A DNA stretch of 41,501 bases from an uncultured Anaerolineales bacterium (lineage in GTDB: Bacteria > Chloroflexota > Anaerolineae > UBA3071): positions 1 through 41,501 of the forward strand of contig CBDURC010000002.1 in NCBI GenBank assembly GCA_965369635.1. Reading direction: 5' to 3'. The translations under genes were made by a program, and so were the position numbers. The notes under the pieces were generated by a model. The model did no database searches. It had not been told where the DNA came from and worked only from the letters and a program-made list of their open reading frames with translations. The stretch's first letter is position 1. Every line of letters begins with the position of its first letter. Shown here piece after piece: positions 1 to 8,047 of the stretch.

Positions 1-284
1 GGAGCATGGCCGCCAGCAGGTTCCGCGCTCGTTTGAATCGCTCAGCAACACGCATGAAGTGCCTCTTCTCCCTCTCTTGTCCCGCCGCCATTATGCGTCC
101 GTTGCTCTATCTTGTCAAGAAAACCGGCTCGTCTAGGCTGGCGCGCGAACGTCGGCCGAGTATTGGAAAGCGAAGATCATCGTGACCGTGGGATAGCAGA
201 AAAACGGCCCAGAGAGGTGGGCGGACATAGCCCATTGCTCCCTGGGTCCTGAGAAGGCAGGGCAGCGACGGAGGTGCTCACTCC

Positions 285-1013
285 TCAGATGCCGAGGTAG
301 GCCTCCCGCACGTTTTCGTCTGTGGCCACCTCACGGGAGGGCCCTTCCAGCACCACACGGCCATCGGCCAGGACGTAGGCGTAGTCGCTGACGGCCAGCG
401 CCAGTTGGACGTTCTGCTCCACCAGCAGCATGGTCAATCCGCCGCCCTTTAGGTCAAGCAGCACTTCGAAGATTTCCAGGACCAGGAATGGTGCCAGGCC
501 CAACGAGAGTTCGTCGAACATCAGGACCTCGGGCTGGGCCATCAGCCCGCGGGCCACGGCCAGCATCTGCCGCTCGCCACCGGAGAGGGTGCCCGCTTTC
601 TGATCGGCGCGCTCCTTCATGCGCGGGAACATATCGTACACTCGTTCCAGGTTGCGCAGGAAATAGGGCTGGGCGCGGCGGGTGAAGGCTCCCATTTCCA
701 GGTTCTCGTGGACGCTCATCTCAGTGAATAGTTGGCGACCTTCGGGCACCAGGACCACTCCCTGCGCGGCCTTGGCGTGGGGTGAGACGCGGGTCACATC
801 GCTACCATCGAAGGTGATCGAACCCTGCCAGGGCTTGAGAAGTCCCACCACCGTGTGCAGCAGCGTGGTTTTGCCCACGCCATTGGACCCCAGCAGCGCC
901 GTGAGTTTGCCGCGCTCCAACTTCAGCGAGACGTCCCACAGAATCTGAACCTCGCCGTAGCCAGAAGAAACGTTCTGAATCTCCAATAGAGCCATTTCAT
1001 ATCTCTCCCGCAA
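285..1013 (-). CDS. livF: Branched-chain amino acid ABC transporter ATP-binding protein, LivF type
   Basis: 242-aa ORF. Walker A GSNGVGKTT, ABC signature LSGGERQ, Walker B LMFDELS. Last gene of a livJHMGF-ordered operon. Confidence 0.9.
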   Translation of the reverse strand: MRERYEMALLEIQNVSSGYGEVQILWDVSLKLERGKLTALLGSNGVGKTTLLHTVVGLLKPWQGSITFDGSDVTRVSPHAKAAQGVVLVPEGRQLFTEMSVHENLEMGAFTRRAQPYFLRNLERVYDMFPRMKERADQKAGTLSGGERQMLAVARGLMAQPEVLMFDELSLGLAPFLVLEIFEVLLDLKGGGLTMLLVEQNVQLALAVSDYAYVLADGRVVLEGPSREVATDENVREAYLGI

Positions 1014-1060
1014 TATCTAGCATCCAATACCAGATATTGGATATTGCGTATTACTGATCA

Positions 1061-1813
1061 CTAGGCGTTCCTCATCAATCTCTCGGCCATCTTGGGGTCG
1101 CCCAGATAGGCTTCGATCACGCCGGGGTCGCTGGTGACCTCCTCCGGTGTGCCCTCGGCGATTTGCTCCCCGTAGTTCAGCACGATTACTCGATCCGACA
1201 CCTTCATCAGCGCGTGCATCACGTGCTCGATGATGAGGATGGTCACGCCCTGCTCGCGGACCTGGCGCAGCACCGCAAGCATTTCCGTGATCTCCACCGG
1301 ATTCAGCCCCGCCAGCACCTCATCCAGCAGGATCAGGTAGGGCCGAGCGGCCAGCGCGCGCGCCAGTTCCAGTCGCTTCTTCTGGGCCACGTTCAGACTG
1401 ACCGCCAGGGCCTCGCACCGTTCGTCCAGGCCGACGAAAGTCAACACCTCTTCGGCGATATCCCGCGCCTGGCTCAGTGACCGTTGTTCGTGCCCAAAGC
1501 AGGCTCCGGCCATCACGTTTTCCAGCACCGTCAACTCGTTCAGCGGCTGCACGATCTGATGCGTGCGGGCCAGCCCCAGATGCGCCACATTATAGGGCTT
1601 CCACCCGGTAATATTCTGACCCTGGAAGATCACCTGGCCCCCGTCCGGCGGGTAAACGCCGTTGATGCAGTTAAACAACGTCGTCTTGCCCGCGCCGTTG
1701 GGACCGATCAGGCCCAGGATCTGCCCTTCGGGCAGGTCAAAGGTGACGTTCGAAAGGGCCTGCAGGCCGCCAAAGCGTTTGGAGACGGTTTCCACTTGTA
1801 GGATCTCGCTCAT
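1061..1813 (-). CDS. livG: Branched-chain amino acid ABC transporter ATP-binding protein, LivG type
   Basis: Walker A GPNGAGKTT, Walker B LILLDEV, C-terminal LivG-type extension. Start moved from 1855 to ATG 1813 (MSEILQVE), which forms an ATGA stop/start overlap with livM. Confidence 0.88.
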   Translation of the reverse strand: MSEILQVETVSKRFGGLQALSNVTFDLPEGQILGLIGPNGAGKTTLFNCINGVYPPDGGQVIFQGQNITGWKPYNVAHLGLARTHQIVQPLNELTVLENVMAGACFGHEQRSLSQARDIAEEVLTFVGLDERCEALAVSLNVAQKKRLELARALAARPYLILLDEVLAGLNPVEITEMLAVLRQVREQGVTILIIEHVMHALMKVSDRVIVLNYGEQIAEGTPEEVTSDPGVIEAYLGDPKMAERLMRNA

Positions 1814-2805
1814 TCCAGCACCCTCCGCAGACGGGGAAAGCGGCTGTGCAGCCAACCGACCGCGCCCGCCGGCACGAAGAGAATGATCACCAGCAGCAGC
1901 ACACCGGCGACTGTCAGCTGGATGTTCTTGAACAGCGGGCTGATCAGCAGCAGGCCGCGCAGTCGCTGGTACGCGGCCGCGCCGAGCAGCGGCCCCAGCA
2001 CGGTGCCCTGGCCACCCAGCATCACCATGACGATGGTTTCAATGGACTGGTGCAGCACGAAGGCATCGCCTGGCTCGATGTTGCCATTTTTGAAGAAGAA
2101 GAGCACGCCGACCATGCCCGGAAAGACCGCTGACAGAACGTAGGCCCAGGTCTTGGCATTGGGCGCCACCACGCCCATCACCTCCGCAGCGTCTTCGTTC
2201 TCGCGGATAGCCATCAGGCCCAGGCCAAAGCGAGAGGTCTTGATCAGGAAGCTGACGAGGATGATGACCAGGGTCAGGACGGCCATGGAACCGTAGGCGA
2301 TCCACAGTGCCTGGCCGGGGCCGCCGTAGGCCTGATAGGCCTTGAAGTTCAGCGTCATCCCGATGGGGCCGCCAAAGGGCTGGAAGTTCTTGATGAAGGA
2401 GCGGGCGGCTTCGTTGACGCCGATGGTGGCCAGGGCAAAATACGCGCCACGCAACCGCAGGATCGCCTTGCCCAGCAGAAAGGCCAGCAGGCCGGCGCTT
2501 AGCGCGCCTGCTAGCACGGCAACGTAGAGGGGAAGGCTGTGTACGCTCAGCAGGTAGAAGCCGACGTAGCCACCCAAGCCGAAGAAGACGATGTGGCCAA
2601 AGCTCACGTAGCCGGTGTAGCCTAGCAGAATGTTCAAGCTGGAGGCCAGCGCCACCGCCTTTAGGATGGTGAAGGCTACCTCTCGTGCATAGGCCTTGTT
2701 GTCGGCGAGGGTCGGCCAGATGGCGAAGGCCGCGGTGAGTGCCAACGCCAGCCACAGTCCGGGGTTTCGCCATTGCTTGCCATGAGTTCCAGCGAATGGT
2801 TTCAT
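1810..2805 (-). CDS. livM: Branched-chain amino acid ABC transporter permease, LivM type
   Basis: 331-aa polytopic hydrophobic ORF between livH and livG. ATGA overlaps at both ends (1810-1813 and 2802-2805). Confidence 0.88.
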   Translation of the reverse strand: MKPFAGTHGKQWRNPGLWLALALTAAFAIWPTLADNKAYAREVAFTILKAVALASSLNILLGYTGYVSFGHIVFFGLGGYVGFYLLSVHSLPLYVAVLAGALSAGLLAFLLGKAILRLRGAYFALATIGVNEAARSFIKNFQPFGGPIGMTLNFKAYQAYGGPGQALWIAYGSMAVLTLVIILVSFLIKTSRFGLGLMAIRENEDAAEVMGVVAPNAKTWAYVLSAVFPGMVGVLFFFKNGNIEPGDAFVLHQSIETIVMVMLGGQGTVLGPLLGAAAYQRLRGLLLISPLFKNIQLTVAGVLLLVIILFVPAGAVGWLHSRFPRLRRVLE

Positions 2806-3662
2806 GTTTCGCTCCCCAGGAGGCCGGATGGCTTGACCAGCAGGATGATAACGAACAGCACAAACTCCAGGACAGGCACCCAGGAGGTTTCCATGAAAAC
2901 GGGGATGATCCCTTCCAGTGCGCCCAGCAGCAAGCCACCGATAAGTGCCCCCAGCGGATTGCCCAGGCCACCCAGCACGCAGATCACGAAGCTCCTCAAT
3001 TGGTAGGTGCCGCCGGCCAGGATGGTGAAGGGAAAGAAGGTGGCGATCAGCCCACCGGCGATAGCGGCCAGCATCGTGCCCAGGCCGAAGGCAAGCGCCA
3101 GCACCCGGGATGAGGGGATGCCCATCAACTCCGCCGCCACGCGGTTGTTGGCCACGGCGCGGATGGATTTGCCGGGCCGGGTGCGGTAGAGGAACAGGTA
3201 GAGCAGCCCGGTCACCAGCGTCGCGGCCAGGGCGGCGGCCACTCGTGTCCAGGGCAAGGTGATGGGCCCCAGCGAAATCATGCCCAGGGAGAAGTCCACG
3301 TTGCGCGGCGAGGTGGTGAAGGCCGCTGTGCCCAGCCCGATGATGATCATATTGACGGAAAAGGTGGCCAGCAAGGAAGAGAGGTGGGGTGCGCTGATGA
3401 TGCGGTGCACGGCGACGGTGTAGATTAGGACGCCCAGCAGCAGGCCACCTCCGGCTACCAGTGGCAGGGTCACGTAGGGATTCAGGCCGAGTTCGGTGAA
3501 GGCGAAGTAGATGCCAAACATGCCCAGGGCGATGATTGGGCCGTGCGATAGATTGATCACGTCCATCACGCCCCAGATCAGGGAGAGTCCCATGGCCGCG
3601 ATGCCGTAGACGAATCCCAGAAGCAGGCCATCGGCCAAGGAGGCAACAATAAAGTCAAGCAT
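2802..3662 (-). CDS. livH: Branched-chain amino acid ABC transporter permease, LivH type
   Basis: 286-aa polytopic ORF with a typical LivH N-terminus (MLDFIVASLADGLLLGFVYGIAAMGLSLIWG). Operon position. Confidence 0.88.
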   Translation of the reverse strand: MLDFIVASLADGLLLGFVYGIAAMGLSLIWGVMDVINLSHGPIIALGMFGIYFAFTELGLNPYVTLPLVAGGGLLLGVLIYTVAVHRIISAPHLSSLLATFSVNMIIIGLGTAAFTTSPRNVDFSLGMISLGPITLPWTRVAAALAATLVTGLLYLFLYRTRPGKSIRAVANNRVAAELMGIPSSRVLALAFGLGTMLAAIAGGLIATFFPFTILAGGTYQLRSFVICVLGGLGNPLGALIGGLLLGALEGIIPVFMETSWVPVLEFVLFVIILLVKPSGLLGSET

Positions 3663-3694
3663 AGGCGTCTCCTTAGTCTGCGCAGATGACGAAA

Positions 3695-3727
3695 CCCCGC
3701 AGGCGCTGTGAAGGAACGCCTGCGGGG
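3695..3727 (-). terminator. Intra-operon hairpin between the binding-protein gene and livH (attenuator or mRNA-stability element)
   Basis: Perfect 11-bp stem ccccgcaggcg / cgcctgcgggg with an 11-nt loop. On the minus strand it starts 13 nt after the stop of the binding-protein gene (3741-3743) and is followed by only a short TTTC. Read directly from sequence. Confidence 0.45.
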
Positions 3728-3740
3728 CTAAAAGGTGGCG

Positions 3741-5021
3741 TTACGGCAAGGGGTAGAGGGCGTCGGCCGTTGCGCCTTCCAGTGGCCAGACCACCTGTTT
3801 CACCAGGTTGCCCGCGTCATCCTTCTGCCACTGAACGTAGACCATGTCGTGGCCGAGCTGCAAGCCGTGAGCCTCGGCGCTGGTATCGAACTTGACGTGG
3901 CCATAGCAGGTGAGGATATCCATCTTGTCCATGGCCGCTTTGATGGCCGCGGGATCGGTCGCGTCGGCGTCCATGATGGCCTTCTGCAGGATCAGGCCGG
4001 CGGCGTAGCCACCCATGGAGTGGTAGGAGGGCTCCTCGTCGTAAGCGGCGACGTAGCCCTTCACGAAGTCGTCACCCAACGGGCCGAACCATTCCAGGCC
4101 AGCCTCCTTGGCCGATTCGGGGGTGAAGGCAGCCAACGGTTCCCACTGGCTGGGCCCGATCACGCCCAGAGCCGCGTCGCCCAGCTCGGCAAAGTCCGGC
4201 TCGGGCGGGGCTACAAGCAGGGTAAAGAACTTGACCGCCACGTCCTTCTCATGCATCTGCCGGGCAAAGGTACTGCCGTCCTGGAAGTGACCGCCGCCCA
4301 GGATGGCCTCGGCGTTGGATTCCAGGATCTTGTTGATGAAGGGCCCGAAGTCGGTGGTCTCGGCGTCGTAGCCTTCGAAGAGAACCACCTCGTAGCCTTG
4401 CCCCTCAGCATAGGTCTTGGCCGCTTCCACCACGCTGGTGGCAAACACGGTGCTTTCGTACACGAAGGCTACCTTCTTGACGCCCGGATCAAGCTTGGCC
4501 AGCAGGTCCACTGCGCCGGTCAGATAGCGGCTGGCGGGGGTGTAGGCCTGGAAGATCCGCGTGTAGCCTTCCTTGTAGGTGGCGTCGGAAGCGGCACCCG
4601 TGGTGATCATCACCTTGCCGTACTGCTCGGCAATGATGGCGGAGGCGGCGGTCAGGCCGCTGGAGTAGGGGCTGATCAGGAGGTCGGCGCTGTCCTCGGT
4701 GGCCAGCCGGGTGTAGAGTTCCTGGACGCGGTCCTTGCTGCTTTCGTCGTCGTAGGATACAGAGTCGAATTTGACCACCGTGCCATCGCTCAACTTGATC
4801 CCGCCGGCATCGTTGACCTCCTTCATCCACTGGCTCAGGCCGTTGACCTGGCGCGTGGAGGAGACGTTGTACTTGCCGGTCTGCGAGGCGGTGAAGCCGA
4901 TGACCAGCGTCTTGACGGCCGACTCCGCAGGGGGCGGAGTCGGGGCAGGTGCACAGGCAGCCACCACCAGGGCGGCTGCCATCAGCAATACTAGGGTCAG
5001 GGCCCATTTCTTGGAGATCAT
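3741..5021 (-). CDS. livJ: Branched-chain amino acid ABC transporter substrate-binding lipoprotein (LivJ/LivK-like, Peripla_BP_6 type)
   Basis: 426 aa. Signal peptide with a lipobox-like LVVAAC followed by a Pro/Ala linker. First gene of the liv operon. AGGAGG-like RBS (gaaggaggaaagg) upstream. Confidence 0.85.
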   Translation of the reverse strand: MISKKWALTLVLLMAAALVVAACAPAPTPPPAESAVKTLVIGFTASQTGKYNVSSTRQVNGLSQWMKEVNDAGGIKLSDGTVVKFDSVSYDDESSKDRVQELYTRLATEDSADLLISPYSSGLTAASAIIAEQYGKVMITTGAASDATYKEGYTRIFQAYTPASRYLTGAVDLLAKLDPGVKKVAFVYESTVFATSVVEAAKTYAEGQGYEVVLFEGYDAETTDFGPFINKILESNAEAILGGGHFQDGSTFARQMHEKDVAVKFFTLLVAPPEPDFAELGDAALGVIGPSQWEPLAAFTPESAKEAGLEWFGPLGDDFVKGYVAAYDEEPSYHSMGGYAAGLILQKAIMDADATDPAAIKAAMDKMDILTCYGHVKFDTSAEAHGLQLGHDMVYVQWQKDDAGNLVKQVVWPLEGATADALYPLP

Positions 5022-5213
5022 GCCTTTCCTCCTTCTTCTTGCTTACTCTGAGAGTGGAAACAGAACAACGACGTTGTGCGAGGGAGCTCTTCTAGGCGCT
5101 ACGGCGCTTTCTCCTAGGAATCACCTCCTTCGAAGCTACATGCGGGGCGGTGCTCCAGCGTCGCTGGCCAGAGCCGCGAGGTCGACCCATCGAGAACCGG
5201 TCTGTTGATGGCA

Positions 5214-5242
5214 ATTATACCATACTCTGCGGTAGATGGCAA
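5214..5242 (-). promoter_or_regulatory. Sigma70-type promoter of the liv operon
   Basis: Minus strand reads TTGCCA - 17 nt - TATAAT with an extended -10 (TGgTATAAT). It lies about 190 nt upstream of the livJ ATG. Confidence 0.6.
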
Positions 5243-5462
5243 GGTTGAATCTTCGGGGACGCTCTAGCGTAACGGTTGTGCAACCACAGCCCAAACCGTT
5301 CTAAACCGGCCAAGATCGGCACTTTTACAATCGAACAGCTTTGAGGTAACCTTATCGTGACCTCGAAAAGACAAAGGAGGATTCACGATGAGGGATATTG
5401 AAGCTACACCCCCGGACGCCCCGGTAACCACACTGACCAACCCTGCGATGCTGCCGGTTTGA

Positions 5463-6269
5463 GGCCACTTTGGTCGAGGAATTGGCCTCGTCAAGAACCT
5501 GGAGGAGACCCCGATTCCGCAACGCAAACGGGTTCATACGCCCCAGACCAAACTCTTTGAGTTTCTGCTTGCCATTCTGGGGGGTTGCGCCTACTTGCAG
5601 GACCTGAGTCACGGGCCACATCCTTTGGACAAAGATCAGGCGGTTGCCGATGCCTGGGGCCAGCCAGGTTGGGCTGACTACAGCGGCGTGAGCCGCACCC
5701 TAAAGGTCTGCGGCGAAACCATCGCCAACTGCCCCTACTGACTGGATGTGGCTCTGGAACGCTTCTACACCGGTGACAAGATGCGGCACGGTGTGTTGCT
5801 GCACTACGGCGAGGAAAAGGTCACGGCCAACCTCTCCGACTGGTTAGGTCTCTACAACGGACGCCAGACCATTGAGGCAGGGATCAAGGAAGGCAAGAAC
5901 GTCTTCCAGATGCGCCATTTGAAGGTGCGTTCCCCAGCTGGGCTGGAGATTCAGGAGCAGTTTGCGGCCTTCGCAGCCGACTTCGTCCGTTGGGCAGCGC
6001 TGTGGCTGCATGAAACCTGCCCCCGTGCGGAGGCACCGTTTGACTGTTCCCAGCCTAGCGTCAAGCAGATGGTAAGGGTTGCAGCCAACACCTCGGCCCA
6101 TGTGATACAAGCACCTGAAGGCTGTTTGGTAGGGTTCACTGAGTTGAGCCCCTTTGTGGGCATCGAACTCCTATTGCACGGCAACAGGTACTTCCAATTG
6201 CCGCTACTGCTATTCAAAAGTGATGATTTCTCGCCGTTATGGTCAACTGGCCCGCCAGTTGCACAATAG
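5463..6269 (+). pseudogene. Internally deleted DDE transposase remnant (IS4/IS1380 superfamily)
   Basis: An N-terminal piece (KLFEFLLAILGGCAYLQDLSH...YSGVSRTL) runs into an in-frame TGA at 5739. It is followed in the same frame only by the C-terminal Y-x2-R-x3-E-x6-K block (LYNGRQTIEAGIKEGKNVFQM). The catalytic DD core is missing. Confidence 0.6.
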
Positions 6270-6352
6270 TTACGCCAGCGTAGTTGTCCAATTCTAGGGG
6301 GGCACTACAGCACGAGACTATGGCTTCGTACTTTGCCACTCGGGAGAATGTC

Positions 6353-6886
6353 ATGCAGAGAGTAAGAAGAGAACAGGTTTTTGTGCTGTTGGTTTCCGGT
6401 TTTGAGGAAGTGGATGTGTCTACAGTGATACGCAACCTGCGTAGGTTTGGGTTTCTGGTGACGGTCGTGGGGCTAACGGCAGGTTCAGTGCGCGGAGCCT
6501 ATGGTGTGTTGCTCGTACCGGAGGCGGTCCTCGGTGAAGTGGAGAATGAGCAGCCCTGTGCCGTGGTGCTACCAGGGGGGAGTGCAGAGTGCCAGACAAT
6601 TGAGCGCCGATCCTCGAGTGCACGCCTTGCTGCGCCGGGTGATTGCTCAAGGAGGGGGTATACGTGTCCTGGACGCGGCTTATCCGGTCTTGCCCAGTGC
6701 GGGAGTGTTGGGCAGGATCGGAGCGGACTCTGTTGAGAGGCCAGTATCCGGATGGCGTGGAACGGGGGCACTTTCCGAACGAGTGGTGACGGATGGGCGA
6801 TGATCTTTGGTCAAGATTCGGGATCAGCTCAAGAAGCCACGCTGACATTGGCGGCATTGCTCGAAGGTGGTGGAATGAAACGGTGA
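6353..6886 (+). pseudogene. DJ-1/PfpI family gene with at least two frameshifts
   Basis: Homology runs through three frames: VFVLLVSGFEEVDV...AVVLPGG; then QLSADPRVHALLRRVIAQGGGIRVLD...VVTDGR; then GSAQEATLTLAALLEG. The nucleophile-elbow Cys is not visible. Confidence 0.5.
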
Positions 6887-6887
6887 T

Positions 6888-6916
6888 TTGACATAGCTAC
6901 TGCGTGGTGTTATAAT
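6888..6916 (+). promoter_or_regulatory. Perfect consensus sigma70 promoter heading the zinc-ribbon supercluster
   Basis: TTGACA (6888-6893), exactly 17 nt of spacer, TATAAT (6911-6916). It is followed by a ~260-nt leader before the first cluster gene (ATG 7185, AGGAGG RBS). Confidence 0.65.
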
Positions 6917-6960
6917 GTCCACACTATCCCCGAATGCGTTCCACGTGAACCTGAAGATTG

Positions 6961-6989
6961 TCCTCTGGGTCAGAGGATGACATGTCATC
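6961..6989 (+). promoter_or_regulatory. Leader hairpin plus 14-bp perfect palindrome (candidate operator or RNA element)
   Basis: tcctctg-ggt-cagagga (7-bp stem, 6961-6977) overlaps gatgacatgtcatc, a perfect 14-bp palindrome at 6976-6989. This is ~50-65 nt downstream of the predicted TSS. Confidence 0.35.
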
Positions 6990-7184
6990 GAAAGCCTTTG
7001 TCCTGTTTGTGGCATCTCTGACGGGTGGTCTTCCAGCCGGATGGGTTTGCAACATATGCATGGATGAGGCCCGGCATACGGCGCAAGAAGCGCTCAGTAG
7101 ACTTACTCCCTGACTTATCAAACACAGTCGTTTGACCTTCACCCTGGCTGAACGCAATGAACTACCCACAGGAGGCATGATGCA

Positions 7185-7994
7185 ATGAGCTTCATCAGAG
7201 GTCTTCGTACCAAGGCAGATCAGGTCACGCTGGAAGCTGACAAGATGCTTCGCATCAATCGCAAACGTAGTGAAATCGGTCAGCTTCGCAAGAGCATTTC
7301 GCAACTCATCACGCAATTGGGCAACACTGCCTACGGCCTGCATAACCAGGGCCAGACCCTTGCGCCTGAGTTGGCGCAGGTATGCCACCAGATTGATAAC
7401 CTGTACGCTGATATCCAGCGGATGGAGCAGGAAATCGAGCAGATCAGACGGGAAGCATTGCCCACCCAACCCATAGCATCAGCAGAGCGCTGTCACGTCT
7501 GCAGCGCCGCATTGCCCCAGGCAGCCACCTTCTGCCCGAGTTGCGGCAGCCCCCGGCCCAAACCGCAGCCTACCATCACCTGCAAGAACTGTGGCAGTAG
7601 CCTGCCGGCTGATGCCAGTTTCTGTGCTAACTGCGGCCAGCCCGTGGCGCTCTCTGGCCCGGAATCCGAAGACGTTGAGACACTCCCACCCAGCGAGCTG
7701 CCCAAGAGTGAGGCTATTCTGTGTTCCTCTTGCCGGACGGAAATCCCACTCCAGGCCACCTTCTGTCCCGTCTGCGACCATCCTGTTGCGATCCCTGGCT
7801 CGCAACTCGAAAGCGCGGAGACAGGCCCACCCATCGAACCGCCCAAGGCTGAGGCCACTCTGTGTTCCTCCTGCCAGGCGGAAATCCTGCTCCAAGCCAC
7901 CTTCTGCCCTGTGTGCGGTACTCCGGTGGACAGCGGTCCATCGTCGGAAGAGATGGTTGAGGAAGAAACTGTCGCAGACGAGGACGAGCCGTAG
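7185..7994 (+). CDS. Soluble coiled-coil protein with four tandem zinc ribbons and an acidic tail
   Basis: 269 aa with no TM segment. The N-terminal ~95 aa are heptad-like (EIGQLRKSISQLITQL...IQRMEQEIEQIRRE). Four ribbons follow: CHVCSAALPQAATFCPSCG, CKNCGSSLPADASFCANCG, CSSCRTEIPLQATFCPVCD, CSSCQAEILLQATFCPVCG. C-terminus is EEMVEEETVADEDEP. Confidence 0.8.
   Translation: MSFIRGLRTKADQVTLEADKMLRINRKRSEIGQLRKSISQLITQLGNTAYGLHNQGQTLAPELAQVCHQIDNLYADIQRMEQEIEQIRREALPTQPIASAERCHVCSAALPQAATFCPSCGSPRPKPQPTITCKNCGSSLPADASFCANCGQPVALSGPESEDVETLPPSELPKSEAILCSSCRTEIPLQATFCPVCDHPVAIPGSQLESAETGPPIEPPKAEATLCSSCQAEILLQATFCPVCGTPVDSGPSSEEMVEEETVADEDEP
7677..7958 (+). repeat. 141-nt (47-codon) tandem duplication encoding ribbon units 3 and 4
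   Basis: Copy 1 (7677-7817, gagacactcccaccc...) and copy 2 (7818-7958, gagacaggcccaccc...) align colinearly at roughly 80% identity by eye. Confidence 0.7.
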
Positions 7995-8047
7995 AACTCG
8001 GCCAAACCACTCTTCCTGCAATCGAATAATCACGGGAGTATGCCAGT

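Noticed and set aside
1-55. Possible start of a minus-strand gene (MRVAERFKRARNLLAAML...) running off the left edge, with a purine-rich stretch upstream.
   Set aside because: Only 18 codons are visible, so no identity can be supported and it is too short to call.
3735-4994. 419-aa + strand ORF antisense to the liv substrate-binding protein gene.
   Set aside because: This is a typical high-GC antisense shadow ORF with Gly/Ala/Val/Arg-rich, low-information sequence and no motif. The opposite strand has a strongly supported binding-protein gene.
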